Shown here: positions 12,561 through 25,720 of the stretch, in pieces | Layout of the letters: each line of letters begins with the position of its first letter | How positions within the stretch are numbered: position 1 is the first letter of the stretch | Assembly: GCF_001194135.2 (NCBI RefSeq) | Contig: NC_069005.1 | Span: 21,565,470 to 21,629,469 of the forward strand | Direction: 5' to 3' | Length of the DNA stretch: 64,000 bases | Source of the DNA: Octopus bimaculoides | Lineage: Eukaryota | Made by a program: the position numbers and the translations under genes | The notes under the pieces: model-generated | What the model saw: the letters and a program-made list of their open reading frames with translations, nothing else | Databases searched by the model: none | What the model was told of the DNA's origin: nothing

Positions 12561-14069
12561 CGAACTTGGATTGTTTCTGTTGCTAATTGTTTGTAACCTT
12601 TTAGTTGCATTTCCTAAGATTTACATTTTCCTTGAGTAGGTTCATGAAACTGGAGACTATTCAGGATTATAAAGGTGTTCGAAGTTGAGAGTACAGGATT
12701 AAATTAGCTCCTGAATAGGATGCCAATCTGTCAGAGTTAATCCCCCAGGTGCCACTGGGACAGACTGATTTTCATTTAAGTGTACTGGAACAATGTGAAA
12801 TGAAGTTTCTTGCGCAAGGATGCAAGGCAACATCTGGTTTGAGAATCAAACTGTGACCTAATGATTGAGCTCAACACTCTAACTTCTTGGCCTTGTGCTT
12901 TCACTTAAGTGTGTGTGTGTGTATTTATATGTGTGTATACATAAGTACGCATACATATGTTTGCATATGTTAGCATTATCATCAACATTTAACAGCCTGG
13001 CCGTTGCCAGTACCGCCTGACTGGCCTTCATGCCAGTGGCACGTAAAAGCACCCACTACACTCTCGGAGTGGTTGGCGTTAGGAAGGGCATCCAGCTGTA
13101 GAAACTCTGCCAAATCAGATTGGAGCCTGGTGTAGCCACCTGGTCCACCAGTCCTCAGTCAAATCGTCCAACCCATGCTAGCATGGAAAGCGGACGTTAA
13201 ACGACGATGATGATGATGATGATTTAATGTATATTTTTCACGCTGGCATAGGTTGGATGGTTTGACAGGAACTAGTTAGGTCAGGGGGCCACACTAGGTT
13301 CCAAAGTCTGTTTTGGCTTGGTTTCTACTGCCAACCACTTTACAGAATGTACTGGGTGTTTTTTACATGGAACCAGCACACTCATACCAATGCTTTATAT
13401 CCCCCACCCCCGGCCAGTACACTCTTTGAAATGGTTGGCGTTAGGAAAGACATTCAGCCATGACGACCATGCCAAAGCAGATGCTGGAACAGAATGCTGT
13501 CCTTGATCTGTTGCATCTTGTCAGTTTGTTGAATCCATGCCAGAACGACAGATAGACATTAAGAGATGATGACAATTATGATAATGACATAAAGGCATGT
13601 ATGTATAAAAATACCAACACACTGTCATTATTAAACGAATAGCATGTATGTTAATCATATGAAATATGTTTAATAAATATATACACAATCCTTTTGCCGA
13701 AGCACTTGTGATTTATTCATAGGTTATATTTACCCAGCAAAACTAAATATGTGTTATATTAAACATGGTGTATGATTAACACACACTTACAAGTAAGTGG
13801 TAACTTTATTAATTAAAGCTTTTGATCTGGACATATTACTAAAAATAAATGTTTGAATACTTGCAGAAGGCATGTTAGCATTAATATATTACGCTTATTA
13901 CGTTTATAAGTGCAGGCATGGGTGTGCGGTAAGAAGCTTGCTTTTCAACCATATGGTTCCAGGTTCAGTCTTGTTGCGTAGCACCTTGAGCAAGTGTCTT
14001 CTACTATAGCCTTGGGCTGACCAAAGCTTTGGATTTGGTAGACGGAAACTGAAAGGAATATGTTGTTTA

Positions 14070-14147
<78 letters not shown>

Positions 14148-14157
14148 TACACACGTA

Positions 14158-14194
<37 letters not shown>

Positions 14195-14295
14195 ATGGTT
14201 CAAACATACAGGGAAACAAAAGACAGTGACTGGTGAAGGAGCAACAAAGAATATTTATTAGTTTGACACGGGGAAAATGGGAAGGTCATATATAG

Positions 14296-14455
14296 GCACA
14301 AGCGTGACTGTGTGGCAAGAAGCTTGCTTCCCAACCACATGGTTCTGGGTTCAGTCCCACTGTGTGATACCTTGGGCAAGAGTCTTCTACTATAGCCTTA
14401 TGTCGATCAAAGCCTTGTGAGTGGATTTGGTAGACAGAAACTGAAAGATGCCTGT

Positions 14456-14491
<36 letters not shown>

Positions 14492-14508
14492 CATACATAC
14501 ATTCATAC

Positions 14509-14539
<31 letters not shown>

Positions 14540-14755
14540 GATATTTGTATGTGCCTCTATTCCCTCATCACCGCTTGACAACCGGTGTTGGTGTGTTTAC
14601 ATCCCCCATAACTTAGCGGTTCAGCAAAGAAACTGATAGAATGACTAGGCTTAAAAATAAGAAGTCCTGGGGTTGAATTGTTTGATTAAAATCCTTCAAA
14701 GCAGTACTTCTGTATGGTCGCAGTCAAATGACTGAAACAAGCCAAAAAATAAAAG
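14296..14755 (+). mobile_element. SINE family A copy
   Basis: Collinear with 5868-6262. Confidence 0.85.
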
Positions 14756-14777
14756 ATCTTACTCTCTCTCTCTCCCT

Positions 14778-14819
<42 letters not shown>

Positions 14820-16161
14820 GATGAAATCTATAGTAGTAGAACTTTTATCTATATAAAGCTCCCCCCATTTCGTTATAGATGAATTAAATACAACATCCTT
14901 CCCACTGCTTTTGATTGAGTTGCCTTCAGTAGGGGATAATAAATTATTTTATGTTGAAGTTCCATATATGATAAGAGGCAACTATTTCAAAGATAACACT
15001 CCTTATCAAAGATAATTTCAACATTAATTTATAGAATAAAAGTACATTGGAGGAATTATCAACTGCTCAAAGTGGCATCATTCTGATAACAGTTTGTTTG
15101 TAATCAGCTAAATCAACAGAAAAATATTTTTAGATGACAATTTAAAATATGGTTACAATATTTAAAAAAGCAAAAAAAAAAAATTTCCTGAAATTAAAAA
15201 TTATTAATTATATAAAAAAAGTCATCATCATTATCATTTAAGTCTGTTGTCCATGCTGGCATGGGTTGGATGGTTTGGTCTGAGCTGGTAAGCTGAAGGG
15301 CTGTACTAGACTCCAGTCTGATTTGGCAGGGTTTCTATGGCTGGATGCCCTTCCTAACACCAACCTCTTTACAGAGTGTGCTGGGTGCTTTTACACGACA
15401 CCACACGGACAAGTGGCACATCACAGGCACGTAGCACTGCACCGCACTTCGGTGCAGGCGTGGCTGTGTGGATAAAAGGCTTACTTTACAACCGCATGAT
15501 TCTGGGTTCAATCCCACTGTGTGACACCTTGGGCAAGTGTCTTCTACTATAGCATCAGGTTAATGAAAGCCTTTGAGTGGATTTCGTAGCTGGAAACTGA
15601 AAGAAGCCCATCATATGTGTGTGTGTTATATATATGTATATACTAAAATCAACATAAAATTCTAACCAGTTCAATTTGAAAGGATATTACAGTGAAGACC
15701 CTGAAGAAACTGCACTGGTATTATAGCAAAGTTACAATTGCAACAGTTACTAACCGATGTAGTGGAAGCACATGTAGGTCAATAATAACCTGTATTTAAT
15801 CAAAATGTAAATTAAAATCCATGAAAGGCTACTTCATCATACTCATTATTATATATATATATTGCCAGTAAGACATCCAAGTGAGATCATTGCCAGTGCC
15901 GATGGACTGGCTCCTGTGCAGGTGGCACGTAAAATACACCATTTCGAGCATGACTGTTGCTAGTACCCGCCTGACTGGCCCTCGTGCCGGTGGCACGTAA
16001 AAGCACCCACTACACTCTCGGAGTGGTTGGCGTTAGGAAGGGCATCCAGCTGTAGAAACTCTGTCAGATCAGATTGGAGCCTGATGTAGCCATCTGGTCC
16101 ACCAGTCCTCAGTGAAATCATCCAACCCATGCTAGCATGGAAAGCGGACATTAAATGACGA

Positions 16162-16204
<43 letters not shown>

Positions 16205-16715
16205 CTGGAGTAAGTACATAAAATGTGTGTGTGTGTGTGTTTTCATGGAAAGAAACAACATTGGATTAATGAATCTTTTGTATACAAAGATCATACAATA
16301 TGTCAAGACATGTCAAAGAATTCTGAATATTCTTTTGTTGTGGACTGCAAGGAAACGACGGTGTCTGCAAGACTATTGTTTACAACCAGTGAACACACAT
16401 GAAATCAAAGGAAAAACAAACTCACACTCAGGTACAGTGGTTTTCATTCAATTCCTGTCTCCAAAATCCACTTGCAAACCTTTGGTTAGTCTGCAGCTAT
16501 AGTAGAAGACACCTACTCAAGGTGCCATGCAGTGGGACTGAACACAAAACCAACTAGTTGGGAAGCAAACTTCATAATCACACAGCCATATATATTGTCA
16601 GGCATAACCTTTGGTTGGTGCTGGATTATAGAAGACACTGCCCCAAGGTGCCACTCAGTGTGACTGAACCCAGAATCAAATAGCTTAGAAGCAAACTTCT
16701 TAACCACATGGCCAT

Positions 16716-16916
16716 ATAAAAGTGGGTGCTGAAAAGTTTCTGGTTTTGGGTAAAAGAAAATGAAGGAGGATCAGTCAATTATTTTTATTCAAAATATCCC
16801 CCTCTCATATTTGCACCCTTGTTGCAGCGGTCCTTCAGTTTTTCTAAGTCCTGTAAAAAGACTCAGAAGGTTGAGCCTCCAACCAGGCCTTTTACGATAC
16901 CCTTAAGGCCAGGAAC
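16716..16916. mobile_element. mariner-derived MITE, right end truncated
   Basis: GGGTGCTGAAAAGTTTCTGG TIR; homologous to 20885-21081 and 50285-50499. Confidence 0.75.
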
Positions 16917-16980
16917 CACACAGCTGTCCCTCTAAAGATATTTTGAAAGAACTTTGCCAATCACATGTAAATGCCTATGA

Positions 16981-17594
16981 AGTAAAGACACCCTTTGATC
17001 ATGAATAACCATGGGATTACACCCAGAAAGTTCCCCTCCTAGGCACATGTCTGGGCAAGGTTTATAGAAAACCAGCAGTTGCCCATTCATACCAGTCTCC
17101 CCTCTCCATACTACTGATGTTATCCAAGGGAAAGGCAAAGGCCGATTACAGCTTGACACCAGTGATGTCGCAACTCATTTCTACAGCTAAGTGAACTGGA
17201 GCAATGTGAAATAAAGTGCCTTGCTCAAGAATACAACATACAGCCCGGTCCAGGAATTGAACTCACTACCTCATGATCATGTGGAGGCACGTGGCTTAGT
17301 GGTTAGGGTGTCAGCTTTATGATTGCATGATTGTGGTTTCGATTCCTGGACCAGGCAACACATTGTGTTCTTGAGCAAAATACTTCATTTTACGTTGCTC
17401 CAGTCCACTCAGCTAGCAAAAATGAGTAACGATGCGATGGACTGGCGTCCCGTCCAGCTGGGGAATACATACGCCATTGAAACCGAGAAACCGGGCCCAT
17501 GAGCCTAGCTAGGCTTTAAAAGGGCATATTTATTATTATTTTTTTACCTCATGATCATAAGCTTGATGCTGTAACCACTGAGCCATGCACCTTC
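16981..17594 (-). mobile_element. tRNA-derived SINE family E, interrupted by a nested SINE
   Basis: Minus head GGTGCATGGCTCAGTGG...GAGTTCAATTCC is split by the insertion at 17281-17544; body matches 7231-7523. Confidence 0.85.
17281..17544 (+). mobile_element. tRNA-derived SINE family F (V-domain-like core) with 14-bp TSD
   Basis: A box TGGCTTAGTGG, B box GGTTTCGATTCC, core GCGATGGACTGGCGTCCCGTCCAG; TSD TACCTCATGATCAT at 17267-17280 and 17545-17558. Confidence 0.9.
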
Positions 17595-18192
17595 ACTAGA
17601 TGCCAATGATTACACTGGATTTCATTTGCATGAAATCATGATCATGCAAATAAATTTTTGTGTTTTGTATTCAAATACACTCTGTTCTACATGCTGATAG
17701 ATGAGCTTTGGTGCTCTGAAAATTGTGTAAAGGAAGAAATTACAAAAGAAAAAAAAAAAAGAAAGAATTATTTTTGTTGAAGAAAAGAGAGAAAAAATAA
17801 TGAAAAGAAGGGGAAAATAAAACCAAACTTGCACAGGACAGTGGTTTTGAGAATGTTTACATTTAATGTTTGACGTCAAAGCTAGAAAGCAAACAAACAG
17901 TATGTTGGGTGAGCAGTAGATTGCAAATACAACAGGTTATTTTTATTGTATGCTTTCAGGGCAGCTCTGACCAAACAGGCCTATGATCAAAGGCACTCCA
18001 GGCATGACCATCCTCTCTGTTTTCTTACTTCATGTATAGTGTATTTAGGATTAAATTATACAATGTGTGCCCTCTTTGTTTTGTTGAAGGTAAGGTGGTT
18101 TGAGCAAGATTTTTGTGACTGCTCTTTCTTGAAGGGTGAGCGACCAATTAGGGATCTCCTTGTTGATTCGAGAAAGAACAACTCTGCTTAAT

Positions 18193-18445
18193 AGCCAATC
18201 AACCAAGCAACCAGCCAGTTAGCTAGCCTGCTGACCAGTTAGTTAGCCAACCATCCATCCATCCATCCAGCCAACCAATGAAAGAGCCAACTAACCAACT
18301 AGTCAGTTAGTCAATCAACCAACCTGCTGACCAGTTAGCTAACCAACAAACCAATGAATTAGCTAGCTAGCTGACCAACCAAATGGCCATCTAGCTAATC
18401 AATCAACCAACTGAACAGCTAATCAGCTAGCTCTCCAGCCAGCCA
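18193..18445. repeat. Cryptic tetranucleotide mosaic (CCAA/CCAG/CTAG/TAGT)
   Basis: Degenerate 4-nt periodicity throughout. Confidence 0.8.
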
Positions 18446-18482
18446 GAAAATGAAAGCATTTTGTTGTCTGGTTTCCTGGCTA

Positions 18483-18483
18483 A

Positions 18484-18528
<45 letters not shown>

Positions 18529-18860
18529 TTAACGTCCACTCTCCATACTGGCATGGGTTTGACAGTTTGACATGAAGCTGGCTAGAAGGGAGGCTGTCCA
18601 GACTCCAACTGTCCGTTGGTTTCTATGGCTTAAGAGTGTGCTGGGTGCTTTCTACATGCCACTGGCACAGGTGCCTTTTAAGTGGCACCGGCACCTGAAA
18701 GTACAAGCCTGTATGTATGGATGTCAGTGATTTTACTTAGCTTGATGTGTCTTATCAAGTACAGCAAATCACCACATCTCCCACTCCCTTGTCCTTTTCT
18801 CAGTGAGACTCAGCATCCGAAGATCCTTTCTCACCACTTTGTCCCATGTCCTCCTGGTGA
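18483..18860 (-). mobile_element. RTE-clade LINE 3' end (ORF C-terminus, 3' UTR, (GAT)n tail)
   Basis: Minus 18855-18733 translates RRTWDKVVRKDLRMLSLTEKRTREWEMW*FAVLDKTHQAK*; a family-C-like UTR and (GAT)n follow. Confidence 0.8.
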
Positions 18861-19399
18861 ACTATTGCATAGGCAGACTTTTGGTAAAAGGCGTTTCAAA
18901 TGTGACCAATCCACTCATCCATGACCACACCATATTCATTTCTGGCTGTGTGTTTTAGGACTGTTATCCAGTATGCCTTTCCCTTCTTTTCCTAAGTGAC
19001 TGGTTATGAATTGAGGGAGATTTAGCTGCTATTTCTAGCAGATTGAAACTTCCATATTGACTTGAGTGTGCAACTAGTAAGTTTTTGCAATGGGATGCAA
19101 TTATAACTAGAATGTCCTGAAGAATAAGAAACCATTTTTGTAGTACTAGAAGCTGAGAAAATTAGGGACGAGTCTGACAATTTCCTATACAGGTGTGTTT
19201 AACTCTTTTAATGCCAACTTACCTGTGACAGCTCCTGGTTCTATGATACAAACTTCCTGCTTTAAAGTATTCAAAATTTAAAACCTTCCATTAAAATTTC
19301 TTATTTATGTTCCAAATAACGACAATTATTTTACTAAATTCTTCATTATCAAGAGCTATACCACCCATCAAACTAGATGTCACTGTACTGTTCCAAAGG

Positions 19400-19680
19400 T
19401 CCCAGCTATCCCATCTAGAGTGAGGGTCATGTACTGTAATAGCTTGGGACTCAAGGGCCCACCACCATTGAATGCCTTGCTGAAATATCTGAGGGATCTT
19501 CATGGAGTAGGGGTAGATGTTTTCAAGAAACAACTTGACCTTCTGCTGTCCAAGGTCCCAGACGAACCTATATCACAGCAAAAACTCAAGAGGGTTGCAG
19601 TGTTGAACTCCTTCCTTCACCAAAAGCTGATCACATAAGAATAGCCATTGGAAAGGTGATTACACTGGTGGTGTTCCAGC
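19400..19680 (+). mobile_element. CR1/L2-superclade LINE C-terminal fragment
   Basis: ORF 19420-19638, NSLGLKGPPPLNALLKYLRDLHGVGVDVFKKQLDLLLSKVPDEP, resembles the C-terminus of CR1/L2-type ORF2. Confidence 0.7.
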
Positions 19681-19689
19681 ATATGACTC

Positions 19690-19993
19690 CAAGAAGTCCA
19701 TATAAGATTTTTAGGGGTCTACGCATGCAAAATAGTAAATTAGGGGTCTACAGTAGTATATTAAGTGTCCATGGAAAACTTTTACTGTAGATATATTTGC
19801 AAGAAGCATCTTGTTCTCCTTCTCAAATGTTTTACATAGTTCAACCTACACAAGCTAATGTGTAATGAACAAAATAGGAATTTTGAAAGATCCTTAAAAC
19901 TAGTTTTACGTGTTAACTGGCCTAAGGGGGTCTCCAAGAATGCAACAGTAATCAAAGGGATTCATAGGTAAAAAAAATGGTTGAGACACACTG
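19690..19993. mobile_element. hAT MITE copy, one TIR decayed
   Basis: Reverse homolog of 58848-59167; ends GGTTGAGACACACTG. Confidence 0.65.
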
Positions 19994-20769
19994 GCCTAAT
20001 CAATGCAAATATCCTGATATTATAGCGTTAATAAAAACAAGGAAGCATTTAATTTAGAAATAGCAGCCACATTTCCTTCAAATCACTTCCTGCTGTCTTA
20101 TAAAATGCCAATAACACATTGAATAATGTAGTCCTAGATATACTGTTCCTGGAAACAAGATTACTGGTCACAGCTGGGAATTCTTTATTCATAGGGCCAG
20201 CCTGGGTCTAAACAACAACAAAGACAATGATCTCTTTGTTAAGATACTCAAATGTGATGGTGTGATAGTGATGCCTTTCTCTGTGAGAAATATTGAATTT
20301 AAGTGAATTGATGTTATAGATAAATCATTTCCACCTGAATTATGTTCCCTTGAAACAGGTAATGTATTTATTCTAATTAGGCCAGCTTGGAGGGAAAATA
20401 CGCAAAAGCCTTTAAACTGCTTGTTTGATAGACAAATACCACCGATCTGTTGCAGACAAACCATTTTCACGTAATCGTATTCCCTTGAAACGGTAACGCT
20501 GTACAAAGAAAATTAGCTTGACGAATATGTTATCTAATGAAGCATAGTTGAAGCTACAGGTTGATTTAGACATAACCTAGAACATTGGTGTCCGAATGCT
20601 ATCAAGATGTCTGAAATATGGGTAGATAAATAGCTTGTGTGTCTGTGTGATTGCGTGTGTGTATATGTGTGTGTATACACATTTCTGTTGCCTATTCTGT
20701 TTTTGTATTGATTGATTCAACTGTTTAAAATGTGAGCACATTTCAGCTCTGTGTGTGTGTCTATGTGCG

Positions 20770-21081
<312 letters not shown>

Positions 21082-21239
21082 CGCACGCACGCATGCACGC
21101 ACGCACGCACGCACGCGCGCGTGTGTGTGTATATATATATATACACACACATGCCTGCACATTTCTGCATCTGTATGTGATGTTTCATTACACTGTTAGA
21201 TTTGTGATTAGCCGAAACATTAGTATCACCATCACTGCT

Positions 21240-21241
21240 TA

Positions 21242-21280
<39 letters not shown>

Positions 21281-21883
21281 CATATATATTACTAGACTAG
21301 AAACTCTACTATCACCTCTACTGTTTCTATTACTACTACTACTACTACTACTACTAATATAAATAATAATAACATAATTACCATCAATTAGACTATAGCT
21401 ACTATTTCCACTTCTGCCAATCATCACCAATCATTACTATTTTGACACTAATGACTATTGCTACTATTATTACAATAAACCAGGATGAATGCCACACCAT
21501 CATCATCGCAACTGTCCTACCACATGTTGTTACAATGACTACAGCTTCCGTGGCTTTCTCCTCCTCCTCCTCCTCCTCCTCCCCGTTGTTCTCTTCTTCC
21601 AAAACCACTAACATAAGTCTATATGTCTACGTCTATCACAACTGATGTAGTCATTGATATTGCTGTCACTAATACCACCACCACCACCACCATCACTAAA
21701 CTGCTACTGGCACTACTAATACAACTACAATAAATCACTAATCTTACTATCATCATCATCGTCGTCGTCGTCGTCATCGTCATCGTCATCATCACCATCG
21801 CAACTACTGCATCTATCACTGCCATTGTTTGTGCTGCCTTCGTCATCACTACCACAGCCACCACCATCGTCCCCACCACTACC

Positions 21884-21920
<37 letters not shown>

Positions 21921-22605
21921 CTGCAGCCATCATCATCGTCCCCATCGTCACCTTCATCCTCATCACCACCATCATCATCATCATCATCATCATCGTCCCC
22001 ATCGTCACCTTCATCCTCACCACCACCATCATCATCATCATCATCATCATCACTGCAGCCATCATCATTGTCCCCATCGTCACCTTCATCCTCATCACCA
22101 CCATCATCATCAACATCATCATCATTGTCATCATCATCATCACCACCACCAGCACTGTTAGCAGCATCACCGCCATCATCATCATCATCATCGTCAATAT
22201 TATAACTACTATAACCACTAACTACGCCATCAGTGTTAGACTTAACCAATAATACCACTGCCGCCACCACCACTACCAATATTACAATCGCTATAACCAC
22301 CAATTCCACAATCACCACTGCTCACTACTACTGCTGCTGCTGCTCACTACTACTACTACTACTGTTGTAGTCATTTACATAGCCACTACCACAACTAGAA
22401 CTACTAATGTTAAAAATACTACCACCACCACTACCACCACCAGCAAACCTACTGCCATACATATACTACTACTTCTGTTACTACTATAACCATCAATATC
22501 AATACCGCCATCACTGTAGCCACTACCACAATTTCTAAATCCACCAGTATCGCTACTAATAATATAATAATAATATAATAATAATAATAATAATATAATA
22601 ATAAT

Positions 22606-22636
<31 letters not shown>

Positions 22637-22661
22637 TAATAATAATCTTGATAATGATGAT
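21240..22661. repeat. Long trinucleotide mosaic (TAC/CAT/CAC/TAA) with internal higher-order duplication
   Basis: Continuous triplet periodicity; module GTCCCCATCGTCACCTTCATCCTCA present three times in 21930-22100. Confidence 0.9.
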
Positions 22662-23101
22662 NNNNNNNNNNNNNNNNNNNNNNNNNNNNNNNNNNNNNNN
22701 NNNNNNNNNNNNNNNNNNNNNNNNNNNNNNNNNNNNNNNNNNNNNNNNNNNNNNNNNNNNNNNNNNNNNNNNNNNNNNNNNNNNNNNNNNNNNNNNNNNN
22801 NNNNNNNNNNNNNNNNNNNNNNNNNNNNNNNNNNNNNNNNNNNNNNNNNNNNNNNNNNNNNNNNNNNNNNNNNNNNNNNNNNNNNNNNNNNNNNNNNNNN
22901 NNNNNNNNNNNNNNNNNNNNNNNNNNNNNNNNNNNNNNNNNNNNNNNNNNNNNNNNNNNNNNNNNNNNNNNNNNNNNNNNNNNNNNNNNNNNNNNNNNNN
23001 NNNNNNNNNNNNNNNNNNNNNNTATATAATGTCTGTGTGTACTGCTCACGCACACACGTACACACACACACACTCAGTCGTATGCATACATATGTTTGTG
23101 G

Positions 23102-23138
<37 letters not shown>

Positions 23139-23197
23139 GGGGTGTGCGCGGTTGTCTCTATGTATGCGTGAGGATGCATGCGTGCGCCACCACTTAC

Positions 23198-23267
23198 AAC
23201 CTATGACGTTATTTATTATAATTTTCTGTGGTAATGTATTAGAATCTTCATCGTCAGAGGTTGCCAT
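23198..23267 (-). CDS. Candidate first coding exon, MATSDDEDSNTLPQKIIINNVIG (phase-1 donor), product unknown
   Basis: Kozak-like GTTATGG, upstream in-frame TAA (23303-23301), non-repetitive frame of 23 codons plus 1 nt, consensus donor T|GTAAGT at 23197; CpG-containing surroundings and purine-rich upstream sequence. Confidence 0.5.
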
Positions 23268-24085
23268 AACAGCCTCTTCATTTTGAAGCAACACTGCATT
23301 TTACAATCATCACTTTCACCATCTCCCTTTTTCTTTTCTCTCTGTCGCTCCCCGTCTCTGTCTATCTCTCTCTCTCTCTCTCTCTCTTATACACAACAAT
23401 GGATATTTGACCTTACAACAGATTTTTACTTAATTGGACAGTAAGCTTCTTGTTTGTCCTTTCTCCTGCTTATTGTGTTGTTATTGTCAGTATCTAAGTC
23501 AATATTGGTGTCATCTATTATTATTATTATTATTATTATGATTATTAATATTATTGTTATTATTATTGGGGTAGTAATGATGAACCCTAATTTTAAAATA
23601 TTTTCTTTTTGTATTTTGTACCTTGATGATTTTTGCTTCAGTTTACAAAACAAAAGAACAGCTTCATGTTAATTGTTTTAATTGAAATATGAAATGAGAC
23701 TAACATACACATGTCTCTGTACATACATACATTATATATATGTAACATATATATATATATGAATGTATGTGTATATGTGAATATATATATATACTTTCAT
23801 TATATATACATATGAATGTATGTGTATATATATGTGTGTATATATCATCCACCTAAATATTCATGCATACATTTAAAAGGAAGACAGATGTTAGGGTGTA
23901 TATATGTGTGTGTGTATATACACACACATATACAAGTGTATCCTGTATGTATATAAGTAAATATATGTATACATACATGTGTGTGTATAAATGTGTCAAT
24001 ATGTGTATATGTATGTGTGTGTATATCAAAATATATACACACACCTACATATATATACAGATAGATATGTGTATATATATATATA

Positions 24086-24158
<73 letters not shown>

Positions 24159-24567
24159 GCACGCACATTTTATATGTATTTGTGAATGTGTATATTTATA
24201 TGTATGTGTTTATTTGTACATATATGTATGTATACATTTATATCTTTGCATACAGATTGTCAGATCTCTAGATGTATGTATGAATATTATATATATATAT
24301 ATAGATATATATATATATATATATACATACACACACACACCAAGACACACACCAACATCTATATGTAGAGATACTAATTAAAAATACAGGGATGGAAGAG
24401 TGGTTGAATACACCTAAATTCAGTTAATTTTAGCTCTTTATCATTATATTTTATTCTACTGATGAAGGTTAGATTAATTAGTGAGTGTACATACTGAAAC
24501 AAACGTGAATATACAGGTATATATTTTGGTAATGTATATAGCAGAACATATATGCGTGTATATGTGC

Positions 24568-24627
<60 letters not shown>

Positions 24628-24701
24628 ATACACAGATGTACATGTTTGTATGTATGTATATATATGTGTGTGTATGTGTATATAAATATTACTGATGGAG
24701 A

Positions 24702-24737
<36 letters not shown>

Positions 24738-24918
24738 NNNNNNNNNNNNNNNNNNNNNNNNNNNNNNNNNNNNNNNNNNNNNNNNNNNNNNNNNNNNNNN
24801 NNNNNNNNNNNNNNNNNNNNNNNNNNNNNNNNNNNNNNNNNNNNNNNNNNNNNNNNNNNNNNNNNNNNNNNNNNNNNNNNNNNNNNNNNNNNNNNNNNNN
24901 NNNNNNNNNNNNNNNNNN

Positions 24919-24966
<48 letters not shown>

Positions 24967-25219
24967 CAATAGTCATACTCACTGTTGAGCTGACTTCCAT
25001 TATGTCTATGTATGTGTCTTGTGCATGTGTGATTATATATATATTACATATATATACATATATATACATACCCATATTACATATAATGTTTTTGCTGTAT
25101 ATGTAATACATGCATTTGTATGTTTCATTTTCATTTTGATTATAAGCCTAACATATTATTGCTTCAGTTTATTAATTTTATATATTTTTTTCTTCTCTTT
25201 TCTTTTCTTTTCTCAAAAG

Positions 25220-25408
25220 GATGGAGAAAGCATTTAACATATTGATAAGATGCTGAATCAAACATCATCACCTGCCTCACTTGCTTCGTAGGAATAGTTA
25301 ATTACATGCCAAGAGACACTTCTGGCAAGTGTCACTGAGACCAGCCTCTACTCCCCAAAACTTTTGTTTCTTATGCTAGTTTTGGGAGGACTTCAGTTCT
25401 TCAAACAG
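25220..25408 (+). other. Candidate non-coding (UTR/lncRNA) exon, 189 nt
   Basis: Acceptor TTTTCTTTTCTCAAAAG| and donor CAG|GTGAGA; stops in all three frames; two internal hairpins. Confidence 0.35.
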
Positions 25409-25417
25409 GTGAGATAT

Positions 25418-25451
<34 letters not shown>

Positions 25452-25674
25452 GTATTTATTCATGTATAAAATTCACACTTGTGTATAAGTTGCATCCCTA
25501 ATTTTGTATTAGATCACAGTACAAAATTTTTGCCCTTTATTGTTTTTTTAGCTCTGCTCCTTATATATGTTGTACCCCTGTTTTCTCAGTTAAAAATCAA
25601 ATATGAACTATTGTGACTTCTACACAAGTAAAGATGGTGTGTCTGAGTGTGTATGCATATGTGTATATGTGTGT

Positions 25675-25720
<46 letters not shown>

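Noticed and set aside
21619-22318. Asp-rich, His-rich and Met/Val-rich ORFs resembling biomineral or beak proteins
   Set aside because: Open on both strands and in several frames because of (CAT)n triplets; no splice or promoter support.
25300-25411. H/ACA snoRNA reading (AGACCA hinge, ACA before GGT)
   Set aside because: Lower stem and pseudouridylation pocket of the second hairpin do not form.
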